64,000 bases of DNA, taken from positions 128,001 through 192,000 of the IMG/VR virus record IMGVR_UViG_3300033066_000693. One strand, 5' to 3'. Source of the DNA: a virus. The notes under the pieces are model-generated. The model saw nothing but the letters and a program-made list of their open reading frames with translations. It was not told where the DNA came from and made no database searches. Made by a program: the position numbers and the translations under genes. Below, in pieces: positions 48,901 through 58,272 of the stretch (position 1 is its first letter; every line of letters begins with the position of its first letter).

Positions 48901-51900
48901 TCTGTTTCTGCCAACGGATAATCAAAACGTATTAGCTGCTTAGATGGAGAGAACGTGTATCCTCTTGTTATCTTGTTTCCATTCAACGTTACTTCAAACA
49001 ATGCATTCTTAGGTATTTGACGACCTGAAAGACCTATAAGCTGGAAGGTTTGCAAATCATTGTTACGAGCAAAGGCTACAGGAGTAAGAGTGAAATCGCT
49101 GCTGCTAAACTTAGCAATCTCTGTCTTTTCTGTAGTAAACGCCTCTTCAATGAATACGATCTCATATAGCGTATGATTAGACGCAATCCATAGAACGTTA
49201 GGATCTTTCCATTTGATTGCCTTAGTATTGTTGAAGACTGGGATCTTTATGTCTCCCGTACCAGTTTGGTTGAAAGCTGATGGAGGCGCATTTGTATTGT
49301 CGAAGTTCAAAGGACTTACGCTAATGCCTGTCATTTTATTGACACCAGCGGTTGTCGCTATGTAGCGAATAGCCGTATTTCGTATCGCTATGTCATTGAC
49401 CTTGTTAGAGTTTAGTCCATTGACAGTCGTAAAGAGAGCTATCTCTCCAGAAGCATAACGAATCAGCCCTTGGTCTGTTCCAATCCATGCGACATCATTA
49501 GCGTCAACTCTTACAACATTTGCTTTGATAGACGAGTCGCCATTTAGACTGAGCTTGGTTATGTCTGCGGCTGCAACAGCTATTGTTCTAGCGGTATTTG
49601 TTACGTTTTCTTTCGTAATCTCTATTTCTCCATAGAGATTGTTCAAATTGATTATGTATATGCCGCTGTCTGATGCAACATATAAACGATTAGCGTCGTC
49701 CACCTCAATAGAGCGAGGAGTTGCTGGCAAATCTCCGCTCAACTTGAAGAAATAGGAGTGATCTCCGCTAACGTATAATCCATTAGAAGTAGCAAGATGC
49801 ATATTGGACTTTCTATCAAAGGCAATACCATAGATAGAAAGATCCTTGATGTTGTAGTTTTCTGAATCCAAAAGATAGGTCTGGTTAGAATCTCTCTTAT
49901 AGAAGATAAGGCCAGTTTTAGTTCCTAGCCAAGCATCGCCGTTGTTATTAGCAGCAACAGCATACACTTCTGTGTTTGGCATATTGGTTGTTGCAGAAGA
50001 AACCAAGTTTATGCTAAATGGATCAACGCTATCAGAGAGGTAATACTTCAAAGCTCCTACAACCATGCGAGCAGAAAGATTCTCTGAGAAATCTCCAAAA
50101 CGGATTTCTTTGCGGTTCAAAGCTCCGTCCATTCGAATCTCTCCGGGCGAATGGCTGCTTATGTCATAGACAGGCTCAAATGTTAGATCGAAAACTATAT
50201 CTCGAACCTGAGTAAAGGTTTCGTTATGCTTTTCAACTTCTCCAACTGGAACAACAATAGAACTCTCAAAAAGAATATGTAGGTTTCCATGAAACTTATC
50301 TGAGATGATTGGACGGTAGGATTGTCTAGGGAGGCCGAAATCAAACTCTACATCGAAATTGAAGTCATAATCTTCAGGATGGTTTTGATTGCTGCTTTCC
50401 CAAACCTGCATAACAGCATTCCATCTCAAAGCATATACAGACGGACTCTTGAAATTAACATCGCTCTCTCTTGCGGCATATGGGTCATATGTAGATGTTA
50501 TCTTTTCCTGTTGTTTCTCAAAGACAACATAGACGTTACCGCTAAGGCTATCCACTCCGCAACGAGGATGCTCGGAATCGAAGTCTCCGGTAGTAAGCTG
50601 CTCAACGTCTTTGGCAAAAACCAATCGAGAGTTTATGAACCGTCCGAATACTTGTTGGTTATAACCAACAACATCGTTCCAAACAACAACAATCTGCCCC
50701 TTGAGGTCTACCGTTAAGTCTGAATGGTCAGCCTTAATCTCTCCCATACCAGAAACAGAGTAGTCGGTTCCGTTTTGACCTGACGAGAGCCAAAGCTTTT
50801 GTCCTCCGTCGTATACTCCCATACGAATGCCAGAAGATCCGTCTCTCTTGAATGAAGTCCAAGTCACAAACACGCTTTGATTGTAAGCTATGATGGCAGG
50901 TCTCTTTGCTCCAACTGCGTCCAAGCTTATCTGTACGTCTGTGCCGCCAAACATTGCGCTTTCCCATTGTCCATTTGCGGCATTGCGACGGCAATAGAAG
51001 ATTTGAGGGTGAGAAAGTCGGTAGTCTTCCCATACAACGTGAGCATTGTTCTTGTTGTCTATCGAGATCTTAGGGGCAAAAGAATCGTACAAGTTAGAAG
51101 TCAACAAGTATGGCTCAGACCATCCATAGGCATTCTTGGTTATAACTGAAATGTCAGTATAGTCAGAGCGAGTTGTTTCATAAACAACATAAACATTGCC
51201 CAAAGAATCAACTGCTATATCAGGATTTTCAGAACTAAACTCGTCAGAGACTATCAGTTCTGGTTCAGACCAAGAAGTACCAAAAGTTGAGTAATATAGC
51301 TGACGACGATTGACTCCCTTACCGTCATCATGCCAAACTGCATGCATAACGCCATTAGCGTCGGTGGTAATAGACGGACGGCCAGCGTTGCCTTGATTTG
51401 TGGCGTTAGGAATGATCGCTGTTTCAGCAATCAAGTTGTAAGTTTGGTCGGCTGCCTTCTTGCCATAAAGCTTAATCCTAGTCTTTTTGCCGATCAAGCG
51501 ATATTGCGTAAGGGAAGTTGTGTCATAGACAAAAGACTTACCAGAGTCTTCAAATACGATTTCTTGAGGGAGGAAGTAAATGTTCTCTGAACACAAACCG
51601 TCGTTCACGTACAACCCAATACCCTTAGGCTTTTCTACATTAGCAGGAGTATCGCTATCCTCGATAGAATCAAGTCTGAAATCGAAATCAACTGTCCAGC
51701 CTTTAGCATTATCTACTCTTTCAAACCAAGGCGTTCCAGACTTACGATGACAATAGAACCACTTTCCAGTAGCCAAAGTTCCATATGGGTTAGGATTGTA
51801 GGGGTCTACAACTTCATAAGTTCCACTTAGGCTTAGACTTGGGAAAAGATTACTCTGCGTCAACTCCTGCAAACGAGTAGCCGCCTGAGTTCCAACATCG

Positions 51901-54218
51901 TTCAATACGAAGATGTCATAAAACAATCCAAAGAAGTAGTACGCAGAGTCCGTAAGTGCTTTAAGCTCATTAACCAATGCTGTTACGCTCTTATCTAGAA
52001 GAGATGTAGAGTAAACTACCGTAGAAGTGCCAGCAAGATAGATGATCAAGATATTCGTAGACGTTATCTGTATGTCGAAGTTATAGCTTATGAGCGAATC
52101 GAAAACAGAAACGAACGATATAGCTTTTGCGGTAGTACGAATGGTTGTATTGTCTACAGATACAGACGTTTGGCGATTACCAACGGTAGTATCAATTACC
52201 AATCCATCGTCTTCATACATAGCGGCAACAAATGGAGTTGTTCTTACAAGCTCCCAAAGATCCAACTGAGGATCAAAGCCAGCGCTAAATATCGAGTCAT
52301 TGTCATATTTAGGAATGTAGTAACTGTCAAAGAAACTTGCGCCTTTTGTATGAGCTATGTACAACAGATTTTCCGTAGGAGAAAGAGAAAGGCTATTTAG
52401 CTTAATGCTAAATGCGTCTATGTTCTCCGTAGAAGCAAGAACCGCCTTTTCTGTTTCTACAATCTTGAATATCTGTCCGCTCTCGCTAGGGTTAAGCGGG
52501 TTTGCAGCAACTAGAATATTGCCTTCGTGTTCTGTTATATCAGATACGGCCATACCAGCAAAGTCAATAAACTTTTCCAAACGAATATCTGAATAGATAG
52601 ACGCTCCCGGCTCGTAGTTTCCGTTGATATTATACGCAACTCTCTTGAAGAAGCCAGTTGCGTCAGAGTTGCCAGAAGAACCAATCTCAATAAAGCGGTC
52701 GCTGGCGAACTCAACAAACAAATCAGTTCCGTCCAATATGAGAGAGTTTTCTGCATACACCTTGATAGAGTTGTTCTTACCAACAATCAAGATATTATGA
52801 GGAACGGTCATGTCAATATCAAAGACTTTGATATTGCTTTTACCCAGAAGAAGCTCTGTCTTGGATGGGTAGAATCTTATCTCCGCGAACCTTTTTCCGT
52901 CTCCAATAGAGATTCGCTGATAGCCTGTCTCTCCCGTAACGCTTACCGCAAGTTCTATAGTCCATCCTGTAGCATTGTCTACTTCCTTCTCCCAAAGATT
53001 GCCAGCAACTCGGAATCGAGCAGACTCGGCATTTTGAAACAAGTCAGGTTGGTCGCTCATGGCTACTGAAACATAGTAATCAACTCCACGACGAACAATA
53101 TTGTCTGGCAATGAGAACTTGTTGTCATATGTCTCAATCGTAGTTTCATATGTATTGTTTGAACCCGGAGCGGTACCCAAGCGGATATGCGCATAACGGC
53201 TTGCTCTATCGAATGGCTGAATAACGTCCCACTCTATTGTGGGGTTAACGCTATTGACGCTTAGATTCTCTATTAGACCATCAACTCGAACATTGATGAC
53301 ACGAAAGCCGGGGTCTTGAATTGTTACGGTTCTAGACGCAACAGTAGTTCCAACAAAGATTCCGTCGCTTGGAGTAACGGTAAAGTAAACCTCGTCATTT
53401 GGCTTTAGCCCAAAACGAACAAACCTCTCGTCATTGGCGACAGTAATAACCTCTCCATTGATGTACCAGCGAATCTCGCTCTTGTCTTGTATCAGTAGAG
53501 TCTCCGTATTAGGATCGTTAGCTACATAGCTAGCTTCCAAAATATCGTTGACGTTAGGGTTGAGAGGTAGTAACTGTAGATTATCTGCTACAGGCGGCTT
53601 TTTGCTTATTGTAACAGCCTTAACCGTAATGGTAGGCCCAAGCTCTAGACCGTCATGCGGGCTGATCTCTGCATACCAAGAATCTCCATACCTAAGGTAT
53701 TCCCTTGATACCTTGAGGTAGTTATCAAACTGCTGATAATGAACGCCATTGCGGAACCATTTGGTGCGCAACGTTGTAGACTCGGAGCTTGCTCCTACCT
53801 TAAGTTCCAAGTCAGTAGTTTCAGAAGGCTCTAGCGGGCTGATGGTAGCAGAAGTCAAGAATGGAAGCCTATTGATAGCAAAGCTGAATTTTACCCATTC
53901 GCTTTCTTCATTAGTTGTGTCTTTGACTCGTATCTGCCCATAATATACTTCTCCGCGCTGAATAAACTTGTTCTTCAGCCTCCAATACTGCGCCATATCT
54001 CTAGCATAAGGCTGGCGGATAACGTCTGAAATAAACGAGCTAGTACCCCAGTTGATGGTATTAGAACCAATACGAATCTCGTAAGATAGCTGCTTAATAG
54101 AAGGGGCGGTAGTAGATATATCCCATGTGATTATGGGAGCCTCGTAGGGGATTACCAAAGAACCGCCTTGATCGGCAATCTGGTTGTTGATTTTTACTTT
54201 CGTTACTACAATTGCCAT
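45954..54218 (-). CDS. giant (2754 aa) structural protein: N-terminal Ig/FN3-like repeats sharing the IRWYING core, BNR/sialidase-like beta-propeller repeats, poly-Gly stretch
   Basis: N-terminal repeats carry LRTKWFRNGVHY and SEIRWYINGEVI. BNR-like units include SWSEP, DIAVDSLGNVYVVYE and HVVWEDYR. An internal GGGGGGFGALYSFDG stretch is present. Confidence 0.8.
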   Translation of the reverse strand: MAIVVTKVKINNQIADQGGSLVIPYEAPIITWDISTTAPSIKQLSYEIRIGSNTINWGTSSFISDVIRQPYARDMAQYWRLKNKFIQRGEVYYGQIRVKDTTNEESEWVKFSFAINRLPFLTSATISPLEPSETTDLELKVGASSESTTLRTKWFRNGVHYQQFDNYLKVSREYLRYGDSWYAEISPHDGLELGPTITVKAVTISKKPPVADNLQLLPLNPNVNDILEASYVANDPNTETLLIQDKSEIRWYINGEVITVANDERFVRFGLKPNDEVYFTVTPSDGIFVGTTVASRTVTIQDPGFRVINVRVDGLIENLSVNSVNPTIEWDVIQPFDRASRYAHIRLGTAPGSNNTYETTIETYDNKFSLPDNIVRRGVDYYVSVAMSDQPDLFQNAESARFRVAGNLWEKEVDNATGWTIELAVSVTGETGYQRISIGDGKRFAEIRFYPSKTELLLGKSNIKVFDIDMTVPHNILIVGKNNSIKVYAENSLILDGTDLFVEFASDRFIEIGSSGNSDATGFFKRVAYNINGNYEPGASIYSDIRLEKFIDFAGMAVSDITEHEGNILVAANPLNPSESGQIFKIVETEKAVLASTENIDAFSIKLNSLSLSPTENLLYIAHTKGASFFDSYYIPKYDNDSIFSAGFDPQLDLWELVRTTPFVAAMYEDDGLVIDTTVGNRQTSVSVDNTTIRTTAKAISFVSVFDSLISYNFDIQITSTNILIIYLAGTSTVVYSTSLLDKSVTALVNELKALTDSAYYFFGLFYDIFVLNDVGTQAATRLQELTQSNLFPSLSLSGTYEVVDPYNPNPYGTLATGKWFYCHRKSGTPWFERVDNAKGWTVDFDFRLDSIEDSDTPANVEKPKGIGLYVNDGLCSENIYFLPQEIVFEDSGKSFVYDTTSLTQYRLIGKKTRIKLYGKKAADQTYNLIAETAIIPNATNQGNAGRPSITTDANGVMHAVWHDDGKGVNRRQLYYSTFGTSWSEPELIVSDEFSSENPDIAVDSLGNVYVVYETTRSDYTDISVITKNAYGWSEPYLLTSNLYDSFAPKISIDNKNNAHVVWEDYRLSHPQIFYCRRNAANGQWESAMFGGTDVQISLDAVGAKRPAIIAYNQSVFVTWTSFKRDGSSGIRMGVYDGGQKLWLSSGQNGTDYSVSGMGEIKADHSDLTVDLKGQIVVVWNDVVGYNQQVFGRFINSRLVFAKDVEQLTTGDFDSEHPRCGVDSLSGNVYVVFEKQQEKITSTYDPYAARESDVNFKSPSVYALRWNAVMQVWESSNQNHPEDYDFNFDVEFDFGLPRQSYRPIISDKFHGNLHILFESSIVVPVGEVEKHNETFTQVRDIVFDLTFEPVYDISSHSPGEIRMDGALNRKEIRFGDFSENLSARMVVGALKYYLSDSVDPFSINLVSSATTNMPNTEVYAVAANNNGDAWLGTKTGLIFYKRDSNQTYLLDSENYNIKDLSIYGIAFDRKSNMHLATSNGLYVSGDHSYFFKLSGDLPATPRSIEVDDANRLYVASDSGIYIINLNNLYGEIEITKENVTNTARTIAVAAADITKLSLNGDSSIKANVVRVDANDVAWIGTDQGLIRYASGEIALFTTVNGLNSNKVNDIAIRNTAIRYIATTAGVNKMTGISVSPLNFDNTNAPPSAFNQTGTGDIKIPVFNNTKAIKWKDPNVLWIASNHTLYEIVFIEEAFTTEKTEIAKFSSSDFTLTPVAFARNNDLQTFQLIGLSGRQIPKNALFEVTLNGNKITRGYTFSPSKQLIRFDYPLAETDVVKVNVRFDIEKLGNFSQNQAQKYALGNKATRIEKLLSTSGHVYALTGGDINTLQINDETTDLPFDRIVLDKTPPAGKITLGSRRERSVFEVSVAPLEDDVDGLFDQTSGIDKMIVSNYANFTSDGEVPLEPIVFTRFLLHNIGEIFDSVSRQYTFVSGLGRRMLKYQPIGKDPIMLAGTAEPANVYKYDPIAQSWVKIDTLDVVGGTANPNASVEFLIEFQGRIFAGTGSPNGSGKLWIMNNETFKFELLRTLPTNTYAHCAVVFDEVLYIGGGGGGFGALYSFDGTTTKEVFRNVSGAIYSLVESERELYAATGSEGRIYKLDPKNNTQQIVDVNADRKALSINKAVVNGQGYIFAGFGSSGQIKRSKIPDSPFVHSFKTIPSAVYAMKNIGGVLYAAIGNTLYYLDNVWTAKYTHREDIRDIMDGPDGTVWFISDSYIYKIGKAENVKKVYLKLIDKAGNETNLYTDVAQTTLDPNLFDEISISDLAAFINRNRILRVDPFGKAIDIREGNDRFYSADVVEEEQGEYYSEFFNGTNNLVSWDKISWDATIPDNTSVTFYIKTAATRDEILDKEFEFSVNGSDQSADISFLSGQYIQFKVVMKSKVRGLSPSLRNVVIKSISSDSTHFFTTNFVMPSRVKSGILTSTKLLPVAADIVFGIDTKNSTDFADYQIIDENRIFTTEDSQIGKGLRVGIRFITPTKSEAIGLNPDEYSPYGYPLMFNSVEWSYKNPDAIDRTFNFRISFYEDSSLTTLVYEINSANSHTGFSTDGNIFPTGGTVFVANQTRAFSFTPVGATPLRCSTYYYVKIEAISSPDTFLVTDALSFIESCGTTFVDNINFEFVNTAESTETFHFRIRFYNDPERTDLKYTAFSGNDLTNWQVNDRDLPVAGFETNSGESIVVNYAPSLSTIDANKTYYLSIDVYNGSVFENNSNSFTFKANDLTSQAYCGSYADVPILKNFSIMWELEGNEFISMRFVL

Positions 54219-54222
54219 CTAG

Positions 54223-55290
54223 TTATATCCTAACGGAAGACTTGAAAAGCTTTAGAGAACCATTCTCAACGGCGGTGATAGAATCTTCAGAAAAAACATT
54301 CTTCTTGACAAACTTGATTTCGTCTGGACTACCGAAGTCCCTCCTGACTTGCCACATCGTTCTATCGCCCTTGAATAAAGCTCCGTCATTCCGTCCTGCA
54401 TAGAAGTTCTTTCCATTACTTAGTACAGAGGTTACACCCAACGCAGTTGGGTCATCAAAGGCAAAGCAATTATCGACTACTTCCTTATAAAGAAGAGATT
54501 GATCAATAGCATGCTCAACACCAAGATTAATTACCTTCCCAATAACAGAAGTATCAGGAATAAACTGATTCAGAAACACAAGCTCATCAATAAGTCCTGC
54601 ATTGTTTCTTAACAATGAGCCATACCCAATTGCTGACTGGTTGAGATTGAAATGAACCAAGGCTGAGTTATTCAACGCCAGCGGGATAGGGAAACCGTCC
54701 TCGGAAAACAAGCCTATAGGAGAGCCGTTTACAAATACAAGAAAGCTTCTGCTAGGACCATAGTACGTAATCCAAAAATGGTTGAACTGATATGTCTTAT
54801 AGATATCAGTTTCCAAAACTATCTGAAGACCTGTAACCGACTGTAGCATGATCTTCATTATATTGAAGCCGTCTTCCTTGCATTCTTCATATATACTGAA
54901 AGTAGCTTCAATGGCGCTAATAAAGCCAGTGGCGCTTGCGTAAGCATAGCTAGCCTTGTCCATAAGAGCCATACGATAATAGACGGGAAGATTTGTAACA
55001 GGACTGATTGTAGGAGGAATCCAAGAAGACCTCAGCCAAAACCCTATGCTGAACTGAACTGGGCTGCTAAGGAACAGCGGAACAGACAAAGAAGACTTTG
55101 GCCTCATGCGAAGTCCATTTCCTAAAACTGCCTTTTCTAGGAAAGCCGGATTCTCATTGGTAATAAGTACGTTCTGTCCGCTCAGTTCTTCTATAACTGG
55201 CAGCGACTCAAACTTTAGAAAGAACTTAGCGTTTGAGTTTATTACGCTCTTATATGAGGCTAGATTGATATTTAGGGAGACTTCTTCCAT
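54223..55290 (-). CDS. hypothetical structural protein
   Basis: 355-aa ORF in the structural block, tightly packed against its neighbours. Confidence 0.55.
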   Translation of the reverse strand: MEEVSLNINLASYKSVINSNAKFFLKFESLPVIEELSGQNVLITNENPAFLEKAVLGNGLRMRPKSSLSVPLFLSSPVQFSIGFWLRSSWIPPTISPVTNLPVYYRMALMDKASYAYASATGFISAIEATFSIYEECKEDGFNIMKIMLQSVTGLQIVLETDIYKTYQFNHFWITYYGPSRSFLVFVNGSPIGLFSEDGFPIPLALNNSALVHFNLNQSAIGYGSLLRNNAGLIDELVFLNQFIPDTSVIGKVINLGVEHAIDQSLLYKEVVDNCFAFDDPTALGVTSVLSNGKNFYAGRNDGALFKGDRTMWQVRRDFGSPDEIKFVKKNVFSEDSITAVENGSLKLFKSSVRI

Positions 55291-55291
55291 T

Positions 55292-56707
55292 TTATACTCT
55301 ACTGTATATCAAACTCAAAGAGGTTCTATTGTTGAGAAACTCGTCATTAGATTCTGCAATACTTCTCTCAACCCATACGTAAACAACTTCGTTTGGCAAC
55401 AAGTCAGCGCCGCTAGAGCGATTGCCTTGTACATTAATGGATAGAGCATTTTCTTCGTTAGTGGCGTCATAAAAGCTTGAACAAGGAGCCGAGGGAGCTT
55501 TCGTGCCGGATTTTACTCTCTGCGATGGAGCGGTATCAATGAAAAACTCGTCTCCTTCGCTAATCGGATTGGGTAGCCTATTATCCAATACCAATGTACC
55601 GCTTGTTGGATTGTATGACTTAACAAGCCTACTCTGAGCGGTGTTAAGCCCAGAAGTAAAACTAATAGGAGCCAAGGCGTAATGATCTGTAGTAAACTTT
55701 CCTACAAGGTCAGACACAGCGAAAGCTGTAATACCTCCGCTCGTGGCTGTTCCTGAATAGTAATCGCTTGTTGGAGCCTCTATAGCTATCTTAAGGCGCG
55801 ACAGATTATTTCTACTAGGGAACTTGAAGAATACCTTCAGGTTTTTCGCTGTTTCTGTTGGATTTGTGTTTTTGATAGCAATGCAACGATACTGCTTGAG
55901 ATCTGTTCCCAAAGCTCCGTCAAAGAAGCTGTTCTTACTGATTTCTCTGATTACAGAGTTTTTAGGATGGAAACGAAGAGGAGTGTTGTATACGTTTCTT
56001 TCAGCTAAGTATGCGGTATAGTCAAGCCATTTACTAATCTTCACTATCTCATCCTGTATTTGCAGGTACTCCATCTTTTGCAAATCTTTGATAGTAAACG
56101 TAGAACTAAGGCTTGATTGATCTATGTATATAGTGTTGTCATAAGTTGATAATGGATTAGCAAGACGAACATTACGATAGACTTCGCTAAGGCTTACATA
56201 TCCGCCAAGCGATTGCGTTAGATTACGCTGCGCCATAAGAGGCTCAGTGCTAGTAAGCATATACTTGAGGTCAAGGTTTAGAGTAGAATAAACGTTGTTA
56301 CGAATGACTTTTGACGCTTCCAGATAAACCCACTTACCGCTTGCGTCTATAAAGGCCGTATCCTCCAAAAGATCAGAAGCGATAAACCCTGCCGAGTTGA
56401 CTGGTTCGGCAACAATATCAGAATAGCTGTTGAGAGTATTTACTAGGTCTTTAATGCTTTGACCTAACAATGGAATCTGAATAAGAGTAATGGTGCTTCC
56501 GTCTTCTCTGGCGAAAACTCCTGCCAATACCTTTACATCATTAGCTGTTACAATACAGAACTTAGCTGACACAAACGAAGTCAAAGAGTCCGTGCTTCGC
56601 TTGAACTGCATTCGGATAACTGAGTTATCCGTAGACGTATAGGAAGCTGAGACATTAGCTGTAAGCGGAAAAGTTCCGTAGATAGTAGGCGTATCAAGAG
56701 CGCTCAT
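55292..56707 (-). CDS. hypothetical structural protein
   Basis: 471-aa ORF. Confidence 0.55.
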   Translation of the reverse strand: MSALDTPTIYGTFPLTANVSASYTSTDNSVIRMQFKRSTDSLTSFVSAKFCIVTANDVKVLAGVFAREDGSTITLIQIPLLGQSIKDLVNTLNSYSDIVAEPVNSAGFIASDLLEDTAFIDASGKWVYLEASKVIRNNVYSTLNLDLKYMLTSTEPLMAQRNLTQSLGGYVSLSEVYRNVRLANPLSTYDNTIYIDQSSLSSTFTIKDLQKMEYLQIQDEIVKISKWLDYTAYLAERNVYNTPLRFHPKNSVIREISKNSFFDGALGTDLKQYRCIAIKNTNPTETAKNLKVFFKFPSRNNLSRLKIAIEAPTSDYYSGTATSGGITAFAVSDLVGKFTTDHYALAPISFTSGLNTAQSRLVKSYNPTSGTLVLDNRLPNPISEGDEFFIDTAPSQRVKSGTKAPSAPCSSFYDATNEENALSINVQGNRSSGADLLPNEVVYVWVERSIAESNDEFLNNRTSLSLIYSRV

Positions 56708-58272
56708 ATGGCAACCTCAGTAAACGTCGTTCCGTCATATACAAACAACTTCTTACTATTACGAGGAACGATGTACAACAAAGAATTATCGGAGTACAGT
56801 CTTTGTAGCGGTACTCCAAACACATGAACTATAGTTGCGCTACTGCCGTCATAGCTATATAGATTGCCGTTCTTACATCCTAAGAAAAGCTTGTTTCTAA
56901 AAGCGTGCAAAGATATAACTTCCGAATCAACAGCAGACAAGGACAGCATTTCTTCTAGAACGAATCCAGTCCAACGGTATACCAAAGCCGTACTATCTGA
57001 AGTCTGTACCGCAATATAAAGAATGTCTTCAAATAGGGCTATCGCATTGATTTGTTCATTGACCTTGGTTATGAAAGCATTATGAGGATTGAAACGATAA
57101 ATGCCGGGAACATCGCCATTCTTGGCTAACCAAATGGAAGTAGGATCTCCGTATTGAAGAGCGATATCAGCAATGTCTTCGTTGTTTATCTCGAAAAGAA
57201 CTCTAAAAGTACGAGTCTCCTGAGCGCTTCGATTAGCTCCATAGTCTTGCAATTTGACCTTTAGAGTTTTGATACCGTCGTCTTCTGTAAGCTTCCAATA
57301 CTTGACATTGGCAAAAGACTCAGCCGGACCCTCAATATCGTCTTGGTCTGATTCTATGAACTGCATGGAATGCACGCCAGTTGTCTCGTCATAGCCATAC
57401 AGTCTAACTGTTACGTTCTCATCGCGAGCAAACTGGTCTGCGTCATTGATTTGGACATAACCGCTTGGCGGCTTAGTATCAATCAAGAAGAAGCCTTCTT
57501 GGATAATAGACAAGTTTCGGATAGCAACTTCTTCTGATTTATTTCCATCGTCGTCTGCCAAATAGATAGTAGCAACATAGTCGTCAGAAGGAGGGAGCAA
57601 CGAGGTATCCCAAACCAAAGGTCCAGTACCAACGGCTATCTTTTGAGCTATGGGAGTAAACGGTATATTTGCCTTAGCTGAACTGAAGTAGATGTAATAT
57701 TTCGCTCTTTGCGCGAAACTTTTCAGAACCGCAGTATCGTCAAATATGAACTGAACAGACGTTCCATATCTCTGACTTGGAATAGGAGACAGAACTGCTG
57801 GCGTTACTGGCAATGAGCGGCGAATAGAGAATGAAGCCGCAGATATTGAGTAATCGCTGCGTTCGCCTCGGCTATTTACAGAGCGTACAGCAACTCGAAC
57901 ATTCTTGCTTTTTATGCTATTTCCTACCTTCCATAGATACTTGCTAAAGCCAACCGGCACCGTAGCAATCATTTTCCAGTCAGGTTCGGTAAAATAGTCA
58001 TAGTTTTCGCTGAAGTATATTTCGTACCAAACTTGCAGTTTGTCATTAGAAGCTGGGACAGGCTCTTTCCATGAGATCTCAATTTCTCTTGTAAGGATAC
58101 TCTCCCCTCCATTAGGATAAATGAGAGTAGGACGATTCAAAGAGTTTCTAGGACCAGCAGTAATGATAGTTGGGACCACGGGTGGCGGCGGCGGAGTGAC
58201 AACTTTCCACTCAAAATTAAGAGTAAAGCTATCCGGAACTGACCAATCATATGTTACTGTAATCGTACTCAT
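56704..58272 (-). CDS. hypothetical structural protein with FN3/Ig-like segment
   Basis: 522 aa, PPPPPVVP-linker then Ig-like region; 4-nt overlap with downstream gene. Confidence 0.55.
   Translation of the reverse strand: MSTITVTYDWSVPDSFTLNFEWKVVTPPPPPVVPTIITAGPRNSLNRPTLIYPNGGESILTREIEISWKEPVPASNDKLQVWYEIYFSENYDYFTEPDWKMIATVPVGFSKYLWKVGNSIKSKNVRVAVRSVNSRGERSDYSISAASFSIRRSLPVTPAVLSPIPSQRYGTSVQFIFDDTAVLKSFAQRAKYYIYFSSAKANIPFTPIAQKIAVGTGPLVWDTSLLPPSDDYVATIYLADDDGNKSEEVAIRNLSIIQEGFFLIDTKPPSGYVQINDADQFARDENVTVRLYGYDETTGVHSMQFIESDQDDIEGPAESFANVKYWKLTEDDGIKTLKVKLQDYGANRSAQETRTFRVLFEINNEDIADIALQYGDPTSIWLAKNGDVPGIYRFNPHNAFITKVNEQINAIALFEDILYIAVQTSDSTALVYRWTGFVLEEMLSLSAVDSEVISLHAFRNKLFLGCKNGNLYSYDGSSATIVHVFGVPLQRLYSDNSLLYIVPRNSKKLFVYDGTTFTEVAI

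Noticed and set aside
634-55444. Plus-strand ORFs of 60-228 aa throughout the track, for example 1684..2370, 7115..7606, 12995..13468, 32259..32717, 35122..35598 and 46539..47069.
   Set aside because: Each lies entirely antisense within a strongly supported minus-strand gene, several of which have clear homology motifs. They have no motifs themselves and their composition matches shadow ORFs.
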